Positions 45,186-54,692 of a stretch of DNA of 57,198 bases are shown piece after piece. Both the position numbers and the translations under genes were made by a program. How positions within the stretch are numbered: the first letter of the stretch is position 1; the number at the start of each line of letters is the position of its first letter. The notes beneath the pieces are model-generated. The model made no database searches. It was not told the origin of the DNA and saw nothing but the letters and a program-made list of their open reading frames with translations. The stretch is from a virus (lineage: Duplodnaviria; Caudoviricetes): positions 1-57,198 of the IMG/VR virus record IMGVR_UViG_3300005573_000108; one strand, written 5' to 3'.

Positions 45186-45542
45186 TCATTCAGTCACTCC
45201 TCCAGGCTTCGCTTCAAGCTTGTTCATATAGTTGGCGACCGCCTGTCTCCCTTTGTCGCTTTTTTCAAGGTTGATGTCCATGTTTTCAAGCTGGAGAGTT
45301 ATTCTGAATCTGGTATTGGGCTTTCCCTTTTCCGTTATTTTTTCTACAGAACAGCCATCCACATGGCCTGTCCCCGTCAACGCGAACTTTTGCCCCATCG
45401 CGACTTTCTGTGGATCAAGCCCGAGTCTGTCTAAGATGTAATCTTCACATATGTCCAATCTTGTCCAGTATGGGTAAGCTGGCTCTTCGTACTTCACTTC
45501 CGATGACTTTTTCTCGCTTTTGGGTTTCTTGAGTTCAACCAT
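45186..45542 (-). CDS. Capsid staple-like protein
   Basis: YPY.TRL......L.RLGL....G.......V..CS.....ITLQLE.M pattern; follows the portal. Confidence 0.6.
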   Translation of the reverse strand: MVELKKPKSEKKSSEVKYEEPAYPYWTRLDICEDYILDRLGLDPQKVAMGQKFALTGTGHVDGCSVEKITEKGKPNTRFRITLQLENMDINLEKSDKGRQAVANYMNKLEAKPGGVTE

Positions 45543-45560
45543 GATTGCCTCCCCAGCGTG

Positions 45561-47804
45561 CTAACGTGTTCGTATGCGGTTATCGGTCTTGATCCCTGCC
45601 ACGCCTTGTCCTTTGGCCTGCCGGGTTCGCAAAAGCGGTTCATCGCTTCCGGTCCCCAAGGACGTTTCTATTTCGTGGACCACCTTGGCCCTGTCGGTCT
45701 TGAGTTTCTCCTCGTCAAACTTTATTCCGCCGAGCATCGTGTATTGCTTCACTTTTTCGGTGGTGATTTGTTCTTGGATGAGCATGGTTTGAGCTCGTCT
45801 GTATTCGGCTTCGGCTTGGGCCAGGAGAGCCTTGCTTTGGCTCTCCATCTCCATTGCACCTTCTTGTGGCGAACGCTGTGGAGAAGAAGACAGTATTTGG
45901 GCAAGGACGGCATTGAAGGAGGGAAACTCTCCCTGTTGTACGGCCCTTTGAAGCTCCTTGGGCTTCATTTGCTCGACCTGATTGATCCAATCGAGAATTT
46001 CGGGAGCCACTCCTGCTGTTTCCATTTTGGTCTTCAGATCATTGAGAGGCCCGAGGGCCATCCTACGCAGGATTTCTTTACGATTGCTCCAGTTGAGCTT
46101 TTTGAGCAATTCCTCGACATCACAGCCGCCTCTGTTGAAAATCTCAATGGCTTCTTCGCGTTCCTGAACTCTGGAGACTGGCATCGTGGAACCGGTCACG
46201 ACAGTGATTCGACCCGGGAGGATCAAATCTTTGCCCGTTATCTTTTCGGTATAGATTTCCCCCTCATATTCGATTGGGATCAGGCGTTCTTCGGTGTACC
46301 AGTTCTGGGCCAGGGCAACATACATCCTGCCCCGCTGCCTGATCATGCGACTATAGTTACGAATCTTGCCCCGGAGCATCGTGGCGGCTCTTTCGATGAG
46401 GGCCGCGATAGCTTTATATGCTATCACGTCTCTCCCTGGACCTTGCGCTTGCTCCAATTCAAATTGTCCAGCAACGATGGCGAACAAATCTTTGTAAACG
46501 CTTAGGATGGCAGGCAAATCTTGCGGGGGCTCCGGTCCGCTCATGTATCGGATCGCATTGGCCGCCATTTCGTTTGAGGGCTCTATGACGCTTGCGGTAT
46601 TGGAAAATTCCGTGCTATCAACGCCGCTCGTCTTGGGATTGATGATCTTCAGTCTTGAAGCTTTGTCTTTGTAGTAGGTCCACTGGGAAATGGTTTTATT
46701 GATTTCAACTTGGAGGGTCTCAAGCTGCTCGAAGTCGCTCATGCCCCAGATGCAGTTGGGGTCCGTTAGCGACGGCGTCAAGCTGAATGGAAACTTGTCC
46801 CAGAGGTAGGTCTTGCGGGCAAGCTCCTTTGGGAGCAGCGGGTTGATCGACGGATTGGGACGATCGTCAAGGACCAGATGCCCGCCGTTGCAAACGGTTA
46901 TGCATCTGATGCAGCCTGGGTATTTGGCTTCCCCTGTTTCTTTGTCAATAGTATAGTCCTTGACCCAGAACTCTGCGATCAAGCAAGTTTTATGATCACG
47001 TGTTGGGGCGATATCTTTGCCCACCAATGCCCGCACCACGCCCATTATCTTGGCCATGTAACTTCCGCTTTGATCTTTGCCGTAGACGAGTTCTTTTCTT
47101 GAGTCGGAGATCTCTTTGATCCATTCCTCATCCGGCTTGATCTCCTCTTTCTTCTCCGGCCACCTGAGTATTGCCTCCCACAGTGGCATGGGTCTGTAAT
47201 GGACGACCACGGTTGCTTTTTGAATATCTTCGACGTCGCTCGGATAGATTCCGAAATAAAAGGGGTCTATAACGGAGACTTCGACTTCGCCGCCCTCCTC
47301 GCCACCGATGTTGAGCAAAACATATTGTTTTGTCTCAGGATTATAGGCTATCTCACCAGGGTAGTATGAGACCTTTTCAATGGTGCATCCGTACGTCTCG
47401 CCCTGGATGATTGATCTTTCCAAAACACTTTGTTGTTCCGTTTCATTCCACCAGTACTCGCAAGCTTTTACCAGAATGTCGTATTGGAGAGAGTCCGACA
47501 TTCCTATCCTCGTCACGTCGAACGTAGGATTGTTGTCTGTGAGAAGATTTACTGTTCGCTGCCTATGAGCATGGAGCAAATTGGCTGTAAGGAGGCTGAC
47601 GTTTTTGGGATTGAGTCGCCAATGTTTGTTCTTGCCAAGCTCGTAATGCCTGTTCCATTTGTCAGCTAAGCCCAAACGATTCTTTTCGGCGATGATATCG
47701 GCGAGAATTCTAAAAAGAGCCTGCCCAAGCTCGGGATCATTCTCGGGCGGGATCAGCGACTGATAATTGTCCGTCTGGGCTTCAATCGTCGATTCCAGCC
47801 CCAT
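45561..47804 (-). CDS. Portal protein (P22-like)
   Basis: 747 aa downstream of TerL; IDPFYF..YP, FPFS, WGMSDFEQL..LQ.EINK..SQ, AI.ALIE; helical C-terminal barrel. Confidence 0.9.
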   Translation of the reverse strand: MGLESTIEAQTDNYQSLIPPENDPELGQALFRILADIIAEKNRLGLADKWNRHYELGKNKHWRLNPKNVSLLTANLLHAHRQRTVNLLTDNNPTFDVTRIGMSDSLQYDILVKACEYWWNETEQQSVLERSIIQGETYGCTIEKVSYYPGEIAYNPETKQYVLLNIGGEEGGEVEVSVIDPFYFGIYPSDVEDIQKATVVVHYRPMPLWEAILRWPEKKEEIKPDEEWIKEISDSRKELVYGKDQSGSYMAKIMGVVRALVGKDIAPTRDHKTCLIAEFWVKDYTIDKETGEAKYPGCIRCITVCNGGHLVLDDRPNPSINPLLPKELARKTYLWDKFPFSLTPSLTDPNCIWGMSDFEQLETLQVEINKTISQWTYYKDKASRLKIINPKTSGVDSTEFSNTASVIEPSNEMAANAIRYMSGPEPPQDLPAILSVYKDLFAIVAGQFELEQAQGPGRDVIAYKAIAALIERAATMLRGKIRNYSRMIRQRGRMYVALAQNWYTEERLIPIEYEGEIYTEKITGKDLILPGRITVVTGSTMPVSRVQEREEAIEIFNRGGCDVEELLKKLNWSNRKEILRRMALGPLNDLKTKMETAGVAPEILDWINQVEQMKPKELQRAVQQGEFPSFNAVLAQILSSSPQRSPQEGAMEMESQSKALLAQAEAEYRRAQTMLIQEQITTEKVKQYTMLGGIKFDEEKLKTDRAKVVHEIETSLGTGSDEPLLRTRQAKGQGVAGIKTDNRIRTR

Positions 47805-48453
47805 TTATGTCTCCTCCTTCCGGTGGTATTTCGACGGTGATTTCTCCACGGATGATCTTTTTGTCGGCTTCACCCGAAGGCTCGAGCTTTGGCCAACCAC
47901 GGCGACCAGGCGGCTTGTGCGGCCTGGTCTGAGCCACTGCTTTGTATTCTTCTGGGAAGTGAGCCACTAGGAGATGCCGGACTTGAGTATGATGCGCCAA
48001 GCCGAAAAACTTCCTGATATCGTGTAATGTCATGCCGCCTTTGTACATCTCCAACATCTGGGCGGCTTTGTCTACCGGAGGTCGTTTGGAGGCACGTTCT
48101 TTCAAGCCGAACTCATCGAGGTAGAAAATCTTAGTAACCGGCGAATCGGGATCCGGTTCATAGAGAGTCAAAAGAACCTTATCGGGTCCCCCCGCTTGGC
48201 GTGCTTTTTGAATGTCCACCTCTGTCATGCACCAGATCAGTCTGTGGCATCTTGGACAAATCATTTCCTCCCACGTAGCGCCTGGCTGCCATGGGGGCTG
48301 TAGAATGCGATCGGGGTATAAGGAAAGGAACATATCCGGGTTAACAGGGCGTTTCAAAGCGGTAAGATCAAGGACAGTAGCTATTCTGGAATGCTCTCCG
48401 GGATGCTCTCCGTTGAGGCTGCATACCATACAATGGAGATAGGCTTTAATCAT
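47782..48453 (-). CDS. Hypothetical protein with Zn-binding Cys pairs and a C-terminal HTH
   Basis: CMVC, CPRC; 'MYKGGMTLHDIRKFFGL.HHTQVRHLL'. Confidence 0.6.
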   Translation of the reverse strand: MIKAYLHCMVCSLNGEHPGEHSRIATVLDLTALKRPVNPDMFLSLYPDRILQPPWQPGATWEEMICPRCHRLIWCMTEVDIQKARQAGGPDKVLLTLYEPDPDSPVTKIFYLDEFGLKERASKRPPVDKAAQMLEMYKGGMTLHDIRKFFGLAHHTQVRHLLVAHFPEEYKAVAQTRPHKPPGRRGWPKLEPSGEADKKIIRGEITVEIPPEGGDINGAGIDD

Positions 48454-48728
48454 TGATCCTCCACGGTAGAAACTCTACCTGCGCTTGAGATATCACCAAA
48501 AGCTGCTTTTGTAAAGATGTCAGGTTCTTCCTCTCCAGTTGGCTTAGAGGATCCCTTTTCTTTCTGGTAAACGATGCGCATGTCATTGGAGCCAATCACT
48601 ATCTTTGCAGAAGCACGTCCCAGGTAGAAGCCAATCAGGATGAGACCAGTGGTGAGAGACAGAACTGCCAGTATGACGAAGGGGATGTCTGCCGCGACAA
48701 GTTCAAAGCACAGTTGGTGCATAGTCAA
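48450..48728 (-). CDS. Small membrane protein
   Basis: Single hydrophobic helix FVILAVLSLTTGLILIGFYLG. Confidence 0.6.
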   Translation of the reverse strand: MTMHQLCFELVAADIPFVILAVLSLTTGLILIGFYLGRASAKIVIGSNDMRIVYQKEKGSSKPTGEEEPDIFTKAAFGDISSAGRVSTVEDQ

Positions 48729-50406
48729 ACTCCTCTTCTGTCAGCTTGTAATCGTGAGGCATCTGAATGACTCCGAAGTCTGCGGCTCCGAATTCCGATC
48801 CCACGGTTGGAAAAATTTTTTGGCTTATCTCTCCCTCTCTCATGGCCAGGAACTCGAACTGATCTTGCATGAGGGGTTTTTGCAACTGTTCGATCCGGTA
48901 GTCCCAGAAGTGCCTGCGGTCTTTTGGAGCTTTAGCGAAGATGGGCCTGGCCATGCAAATTTGGGCGGCAGAGTCGTATGGATGGTCTTCGGCAGTGGTG
49001 TCAACCTGTTCTATGCGAAGAGGATCCATCGGTAAGGCAGCGATTGTCCGAATAAATTCCGTGCAGTTCTTGTAGACCACGAGCATCGGCATCTTACCGT
49101 CTTCGCGGACTCGCAATCTTTCTCGGAACTGCCTGAGTTTGAGATCGCGACTGGCATCGGCCTTGTTCAAGAAGATACCCTTGTTGGCAAAGATCTCGGC
49201 TGTGGAGGGGCCTTGGCCCCCGCCTTTGTAATCTGGCTTCTTGTTCCAGCAATCGTGTCCGGCAAGTCGCAGGATGGGTTTGTTTGTCAACCGCACGGTA
49301 AAATCTTTGAATTCCATTAGCCTTTCTATCTGGAGTATTCCCTCTGCGATAGCCGAATCCGTCAGACGGATGCCCTGGTTTGGCTGGCCATTCCAGCCAT
49401 ACCATTCCCAAAACAAATAAATTCGTCCATCAGCGTCAACCCACCACCAGCCGATATGGAAGGGCTTACCGTAACCCCAGTCGAAGGTCATGTAAATTGG
49501 CGCGTAGGACGGGATGGGCACGGGGTCAATCACGTGCGTAGCCACTGAAAACTCAGGGAACGCCTGCCCGAGGTAAATGTTCCAGTCGCCATCCCGATAT
49601 GCCTTCCTCATGGCTTCAGGAAGGGTATTGAGTGAATCCCAGTAGGACTCATCCAAGTAGGGGTTGTCGTCGGCTTTTGACGGGATGTAGGCGAACTGGC
49701 TTCGGAGGTCTTTGGGTTTTAGAAATTCGTCAGGGAATTTCCTATCGATCCACAGCATCTTCACCCAGCCGTGCCCTACGCCGCCGGGGTTCGTGCCTCC
49801 TACGAATTGAGCTTCGATATCCGGGAGGTATTGCCATCTGAGTCGAGTCCTGAGCAGTGAGAACTTTTCGTAACTATTTTTGGTGAGTTCGTCAACCAGG
49901 ATGGCGGCGAACTCAGCACTGGCGTACTTGGATGGGTCGTCGAGGTTACGAAAGCAGATGACCCCGGATCCCTTTTCCGGCGGGAGGATCCAGCATCTTC
50001 CATAGACCTTGTGGTCATCGTGTAGTTTGCCGAAGCCTTGATTTGTGAATTCGACTTCAATTTTGGAGAGTTGACGGTCTTTGAGGCTGGGGTAGTCTTC
50101 GCAAGCCAGCATCACTGCTGCATTGTTCCAGCCTTGTCTTTTCATCCAGAGGAGTCTTCGGAGAGCATACCATCGCAGCAGATAGGATTTGCCGCCGCCC
50201 ATCGCTCCGCCGTAGAGGAGAAATTTGACTTTGCCACTGTCGAGCAAGCGGATAGCGTCCATCTGTCGCGGAGTGAACTTCGCTATTTCGGTATCGAAGT
50301 TGCGTCTAGCGACGGTGGTTTCTTTGGGGGACTCAGCTTCCACTATCTTGTTCCTCTTCTTGCTCAGGCGATTCCTTGGGTGGCTCAAGGAAAACGCCCT
50401 GGTCAT
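48703..50406 (-). CDS. terL: Terminase large subunit
   Basis: YGGAMGGGKS, LVDELT, GTNPGGVGHGWVK, DNPYL, FDWGY.KPF, EDHPYDS; the true start may be GTG at 50343. Confidence 0.95.
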   Translation of the reverse strand: MTRAFSLSHPRNRLSKKRNKIVEAESPKETTVARRNFDTEIAKFTPRQMDAIRLLDSGKVKFLLYGGAMGGGKSYLLRWYALRRLLWMKRQGWNNAAVMLACEDYPSLKDRQLSKIEVEFTNQGFGKLHDDHKVYGRCWILPPEKGSGVICFRNLDDPSKYASAEFAAILVDELTKNSYEKFSLLRTRLRWQYLPDIEAQFVGGTNPGGVGHGWVKMLWIDRKFPDEFLKPKDLRSQFAYIPSKADDNPYLDESYWDSLNTLPEAMRKAYRDGDWNIYLGQAFPEFSVATHVIDPVPIPSYAPIYMTFDWGYGKPFHIGWWWVDADGRIYLFWEWYGWNGQPNQGIRLTDSAIAEGILQIERLMEFKDFTVRLTNKPILRLAGHDCWNKKPDYKGGGQGPSTAEIFANKGIFLNKADASRDLKLRQFRERLRVREDGKMPMLVVYKNCTEFIRTIAALPMDPLRIEQVDTTAEDHPYDSAAQICMARPIFAKAPKDRRHFWDYRIEQLQKPLMQDQFEFLAMREGEISQKIFPTVGSEFGAADFGVIQMPHDYKLTEEEFDYAPTVL

Positions 50407-51127
50407 TCTTTCGCATGTCTACTACGGATTCGGCCTCCAGCAAAGCCTTAGGTCCCTGTGGCAGGGGAGTTTCTCTTGCGACGACCAGAAGGATTTGGTC
50501 TGGAGAGTCCGAAGCTAGGGATGGCAGTTCTTTGAGTCTGCGGATCTCCGCCGAGAGTTCGAGGGCTTGGATCTTTGGGTGCATTTCGACTCTTGTGCGT
50601 CTGATTATTTTGCCGTCGTTACCGATTATTTCTTTCTGTTCGATGATCCTTATGGTGCGTTGGTCCTGTTCGCTGATTTCGGAAAAGGGTTTGACTTTGA
50701 GCTCAGCTCCCTCAAATTCAACAATCTTTGCTATGTTGGACATAGCCAAGTTATCGATTTCTTCTAAGATTTGTCTTGCGTTGAATTTGGATGCAGAGGC
50801 TATGGCTTCATTGTAATTGAGCAGGTATTCTCTCACCTTCGGATTCTTCATCAACCTATGCGCGGCGGCTGTGGCAGTGATAGCTGAATAGCCAGCACGT
50901 AAGGCCGCTTCTGTCTTGCTCATGGCGGGGTTAGCTTTGAGGGCGTTGACGAACGCCATCTGCCGTTCAGTCAGTCCTTTCCAGTTCATTGGGGCAGTTT
51001 CTTGTAGTTCTTTTATTCTTTCGGGTGTGTATACCTTCGGAGGGCCGATTGGCTTTCTGGGTTTCTCATATCCTCGTTTATATGGATACAATCTTCCGTC
51101 AGGAGTATAGTTTTTTGAGCCAGCCAT
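50333..51127 (-). CDS. terS: Terminase small subunit
   Basis: LTERQMAFV, EAALRAGYS..TA...A.RLMKNPKV, K.QALE; upstream of TerL. Confidence 0.9.
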   Translation of the reverse strand: MAGSKNYTPDGRLYPYKRGYEKPRKPIGPPKVYTPERIKELQETAPMNWKGLTERQMAFVNALKANPAMSKTEAALRAGYSAITATAAAHRLMKNPKVREYLLNYNEAIASASKFNARQILEEIDNLAMSNIAKIVEFEGAELKVKPFSEISEQDQRTIRIIEQKEIIGNDGKIIRRTRVEMHPKIQALELSAEIRRLKELPSLASDSPDQILLVVARETPLPQGPKALLEAESVVDMRKNDQGVFLEPPKESPEQEEEQDSGS

Positions 51128-51130
51128 CGT

Positions 51131-51583
51131 TCACACTCTCAATCTTTCTTTGCTAACGGCTTTGAGGGCAGCCACATCTTCTCGTATGCTTCTGGTAGCT
51201 TCGTCCGAGGTTTGCAACTTATCATGGAAGTACTTCACAAGAGAATCGACTTTCTCGAGGAACATAATTGTTTGTTCGTCGATCTTTTTGTCCAAGTTGT
51301 CGATTTTCTTTTCTATCCTGTTGTTATCTTCCGTCCAGTTAGCTCGGCATTCCGATCTGTAAGTTCTACATGACTCAACGAACCTATCCAGTTGTTGTTC
51401 TTGGGCAAGCCGTATCCTTTCAAACTCTCGTTCGGTTTTAGAGCGGTAAGATTCCAATTCCGCAACCGTATCGTCGAGGTTTGCTTTCATGTTTCTAACT
51501 TGAGCCTTCATTATGCCCCATGCCATTGCAAGGGCTGCGATGGTGGTGCATATGGTTATTGCCGTCTCCAGAGTGATATGCAT
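51131..51583 (-). CDS. N-terminal TM plus coiled-coil protein (lysis accessory or i-spanin-like)
   Basis: One TM helix followed by heptad repeats; last gene of the lysis cassette. Confidence 0.5.
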   Translation of the reverse strand: MHITLETAITICTTIAALAMAWGIMKAQVRNMKANLDDTVAELESYRSKTEREFERIRLAQEQQLDRFVESCRTYRSECRANWTEDNNRIEKKIDNLDKKIDEQTIMFLEKVDSLVKYFHDKLQTSDEATRSIREDVAALKAVSKERLRV

Positions 51584-51597
51584 CGGAGTGCCAGGCG

Positions 51598-51858
51598 TCA
51601 GGGATTGCGTCGTGTAATCTCATAGAGGCCTACTGCCGTCGCTCCGAGCATAAATCCGGCGGCGATGTAGTCAACCACGGCGGCGAATGTCGTGGTTTCT
51701 CCACGGTAGAACATAGCGATTATGCCGAGAACGATGCCCGCGAAGATGGCGATCCACGGCTTGATTTTGTCGCCGAAGTTGTAGCTTGAGTAGATGAGTC
51801 TCAGAATGACGGAAAGAAGGGCCGATGCTGCGAACTTTCCTATTTCAAACTCGGTCAT
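51598..51858 (-). CDS. Holin
   Basis: 86 aa, three hydrophobic segments, 'K..PWIAI..GIVLG...G...GA.AVGLYE', basic C-terminus. Confidence 0.8.
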   Translation of the reverse strand: MTEFEIGKFAASALLSVILRLIYSSYNFGDKIKPWIAIFAGIVLGIIAMFYRGETTTFAAVVDYIAAGFMLGATAVGLYEITRRNP

Positions 51859-51873
51859 TTCATTTTTCCTCCT

Positions 51874-52482
51874 TTACGTTGTGATAGACGGTTGTCTGGA
51901 GACGCCTGTCATTGCTTCGAGTTCCTCTCTTTCTAAACTTGCAAGGACAATGAAGTCGGGATCATACCGGATGTCGTATGGGGAGACCAATTTGTTATAG
52001 AGCGGAAGAGAGTTGGTCCATGGTTTGCCCAAGATCTGCTGGATGTGAGCGCTGAAGGAGGAGCATACCATTTTCTTCTTGTCGCTCCAGTCCGAGGAAG
52101 AAATGCCCAACTCATTCATGAGATGGGCGACCAGTTCCCATTCGTCATAGCTTAGTCGTTGGATGACCATTCTCTCGATCCAGCGGAGGGCTTTTCGTTT
52201 TCGTCTGGGGGACACGGCCTTATTGTCTTTGTGAATGCCTATGACGATGCCGTAGATTTCGCGAGGGTCAATCTCGTACATCGTCCAGTACCGAGCGCAA
52301 GGTTCGGTCATTTCGGCACCCACCACCATTCGTCGGTCAACGGAGAACAGCACCTTTCTGACGTGGGAGGGTCCGCCTTTGGTGGCTATTGTGATGCTTT
52401 CCGAAACAAGGCCGTAGCCCCAAGTGAGGACATCCGCCCAAGGGACGCAATGAGCTTTGAGCCACGTATAGAATTCTCTCAC
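51874..52482 (-). CDS. Permuted papain-like (NlpC/P60, YaeF/YiiX-type) amidase
   Basis: His first (SHV), then YD and catalytic VCSS, C-terminal SP.DI. Confidence 0.7.
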   Translation of the reverse strand: MREFYTWLKAHCVPWADVLTWGYGLVSESITIATKGGPSHVRKVLFSVDRRMVVGAEMTEPCARYWTMYEIDPREIYGIVIGIHKDNKAVSPRRKRKALRWIERMVIQRLSYDEWELVAHLMNELGISSSDWSDKKKMVCSSFSAHIQQILGKPWTNSLPLYNKLVSPYDIRYDPDFIVLASLEREELEAMTGVSRQPSITT

Positions 52483-52868
52483 CAGTCTTCTCCTGCTTCA
52501 AAGTGGTATGGATCGTGTGGGGTTTTCCATCTTCCTCCCCATCGGCCTCCGAGTGATTCCCAAAAGCGTCCGAGCTCTTCGTATCTGGGATCGTCTCTCC
52601 ATCGTATTTCATCTGGATCGATTTTGCCATCTTCGTTGACATCATCGATCAAGGCGAAGTCCATGGCAAGCCATTCTTGGTGCTTGGAAAATCTGACTTT
52701 GCTTTTGCCTTCCAAGAAAAGCCTGGTTTGTTCTTCTTGTGTGCGGTGGAAGGTGAAGCAGATGACTTGAATCTCATTTTGGGCGGCGAAGTCGAGGAGC
52801 TTAGCGATGCAGAATAGGAATTTGACGCGCTTGGGGATCTTTGCTAGTGCTGGGGTAGGCGAGTTCAT
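52479..52868 (-). CDS. Endolysin, peptidase M15 family, with an EF-hand-like loop
   Basis: RT.EEQ..L, SKH...LAMD, WGGRW...D..HFE; insertion DVNEDGKIDPDE. Confidence 0.9.
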   Translation of the reverse strand: MNSPTPALAKIPKRVKFLFCIAKLLDFAAQNEIQVICFTFHRTQEEQTRLFLEGKSKVRFSKHQEWLAMDFALIDDVNEDGKIDPDEIRWRDDPRYEELGRFWESLGGRWGGRWKTPHDPYHFEAGEDW

Positions 52869-52887
52869 TGATTCCCCCTCCCCTGAA

Positions 52888-53430
52888 TTATCTCTTTTGA
52901 TATCGCTTTTTTGTGCCGGAGTCAATAGGGGTCAAGTGGGTTTTGGGTTGGGGTTTCAAGGGTCGAGGAGGGCGCAGTTGGTTTATGGACAATCTGGCTT
53001 GGTGAAGTAGTGGGATGCCTCTTTCTTGGAACATAGCGATGAGTTCGGTGGGGCTGTCGCAGAAGACTCCTATCCCATTTCTCCTGTTTATCTGATATAG
53101 AAATTCGAGCTGAGCGGTTTCTGTTTTGGTGAGCTGTCGTGATGCGTTGTCGGGTGGGATCTTTCCGGGGGCTTTGACTTCTATGCCGAAAAAGACGCCT
53201 ATGGTTTCGACCCCCCGGTCGAGTAGAGAGCGGATATTGACGGGGATGAGGCCCACGAAATCGGGTATGCCCGGGGGCATGAAGGGGTTCCCCCAGTTTT
53301 TCCAGAAAAGCGCGCCCGAGAGACTGAGGACCTGTTTGATACCATCGGCGACGAGCTTTTCCTGAACTTTGCTTGAATTGGGGTTGGGTCTGCGCCGTGG
53401 CTTTTTGTTACTGTTGGGAGTCGGCGGCAT
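52888..53430 (-). CDS. VRR-NUC family nuclease (probable Holliday junction resolvase)
   Basis: E......I, PGIPD, GIEVKAPG, Q.EFL. Confidence 0.85.
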   Translation of the reverse strand: MPPTPNSNKKPRRRPNPNSSKVQEKLVADGIKQVLSLSGALFWKNWGNPFMPPGIPDFVGLIPVNIRSLLDRGVETIGVFFGIEVKAPGKIPPDNASRQLTKTETAQLEFLYQINRRNGIGVFCDSPTELIAMFQERGIPLLHQARLSINQLRPPRPLKPQPKTHLTPIDSGTKKRYQKR

Positions 53431-53761
53431 TTGTTTTCTCCTGTTGCTTTAGTTGGCGCTGTGCCATTTTTTGGCGACGTCTTCGTTCGGCGCAGTCATC
53501 GCAGTAGAGGTTTCTGTGTCGCCTGATTTCACTCCTGCGCCGCCATATTTCCGTGCGGCAGTCTTTGCATAGAGTTTCCCTCCATGCCTGGCCCTTGTCA
53601 GTGGGCACTCCTCTTTTGTTGAGGATTCGGCGGACGTGGGTGCCGCTGAGCCCGAAGTAAGAGGCTATCCTCTCAGAGCTGAGGAGTTGATCGACGTAGA
53701 GGGTGACGATCTCGTCGTTCCTTTCCTTGTGTCTTTCTTTGGGGACCTTGGGCTTTTTCAA
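53408..53761 (-). CDS. HTH plus zinc-finger DNA-binding protein
   Basis: RNDEIV.LY....SSERIASYFGLSGTHVRRIL; CKDC...CDDC; TTG start after GGAGGTG. Confidence 0.7.
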   Translation of the reverse strand: MKKPKVPKERHKERNDEIVTLYVDQLLSSERIASYFGLSGTHVRRILNKRGVPTDKGQAWRETLCKDCRTEIWRRRSEIRRHRNLYCDDCAERRRRQKMAQRQLKQQEKTNAADSQQ

Positions 53762-53809
53762 TTTGACTCACCTCCCCCTCGTTGGAGTGGTTCTTGTGGC
53801 ATCAGTTCT

Positions 53810-53881
53810 ACAATGCCCTACATGTTGGGAAATGTCAATCCCAAAAAATCGCTTGACATAGGTGGGGAGGGTCTGTAGAAT
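53810..53881. promoter_or_regulatory. Divergent promoter region
   Basis: + strand TTGACA(53853)-17 nt-TAGAAT(53876); a back-to-back - strand TTGACA at 53838-53833 faces the late operon with only a poor -10. Confidence 0.7.
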
Positions 53882-53966
53882 CTCGGCCCAGTTTGGTCCT
53901 CTGTCTAGCTTTGGGGGGTCAAACTCTTGAGAATACAAGATATTGTGGAGAGAAAGGAGGGGAGAG

Positions 53967-54512
53967 ATGGACGTGAGCAAGATGGTGGAAGAGTGGTATG
54001 AGCGGCACGGGTCTGACTTGGTGGAATGTCCTTTGTTCATCAAGCCTGTGCGGCGTTGTGTGGCCAGGGCTATCAAGGCACGGCCTCGGTCATTGCGGCT
54101 CGATCAGCTTTTTGCTAAGAGTCACTCTGGGACGGGCGGTTGGGACTATCTGATTGGGGTCAACAGGATGGACACGTTTTTAGTGCGTCCGAAGGAGTGT
54201 CTTTCGAGTTGCAAAATTTGTTCAAAAAAGTCCTCAAAAGCCCCCCGTTCAAACCGTCAATATTCTGACGCACGGTGCCAATCTTTTGACGCCCCTAAAA
54301 TTGCCCGAAAAAGCCCCCAAAGGTTGACAATTGCCTCAAAAAGCACCTCTCGCCGTCGTTCGGCAAAGTCTCGAGACACCTTTAACCGTGATTCAAGCGT
54401 GGGAGTTGATTCAGATTGTATTCATGTTCGTACAGTTCCAAACTGTTCCCATATGAGTACAATCTCAAAAAACGATTCCCACGATGATTCAGAGGTTCGG
54501 GGTGTCGCCTAA
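53967..54512 (+). CDS. Hypothetical protein (Cys-containing N-terminus, low-complexity tail)
   Basis: AAGGAGG RBS; downstream of a consensus promoter; the C-terminal half looks shaped by A-tract DNA. Confidence 0.5.
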   Translation: MDVSKMVEEWYERHGSDLVECPLFIKPVRRCVARAIKARPRSLRLDQLFAKSHSGTGGWDYLIGVNRMDTFLVRPKECLSSCKICSKKSSKAPRSNRQYSDARCQSFDAPKIARKSPQRLTIASKSTSRRRSAKSRDTFNRDSSVGVDSDCIHVRTVPNCSHMSTISKNDSHDDSEVRGVA

Positions 54513-54613
54513 ATGAAAAAGGTTAACTCAACTCAATTGCCGATCACATTGGTGTCAAATCTATTTATGCAAAACGTCTGTTCTTTGCTCAAAAAAGGGT
54601 TTTTCGCACCCAT

Positions 54614-54668
54614 AGCCCCTTCGGAGACCCTTCGAAGCCCCTCCGAAGGCCCTTCCAAGGCCCTTCGT
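54614..54668 (+). repeat. Five 11-bp iteron-like repeats upstream of the replication gene
   Basis: agccccttcgg / agacccttcga / agcccctccga / aggcccttcca / aggcccttcgt. Confidence 0.85.
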
Positions 54669-54692
54669 ATAGCCTACCAAAGGAGGTAAGGA

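Noticed and set aside
45558-46505. 315-aa + strand ORF
   Set aside because: Antisense to the portal gene, with no recognisable features.
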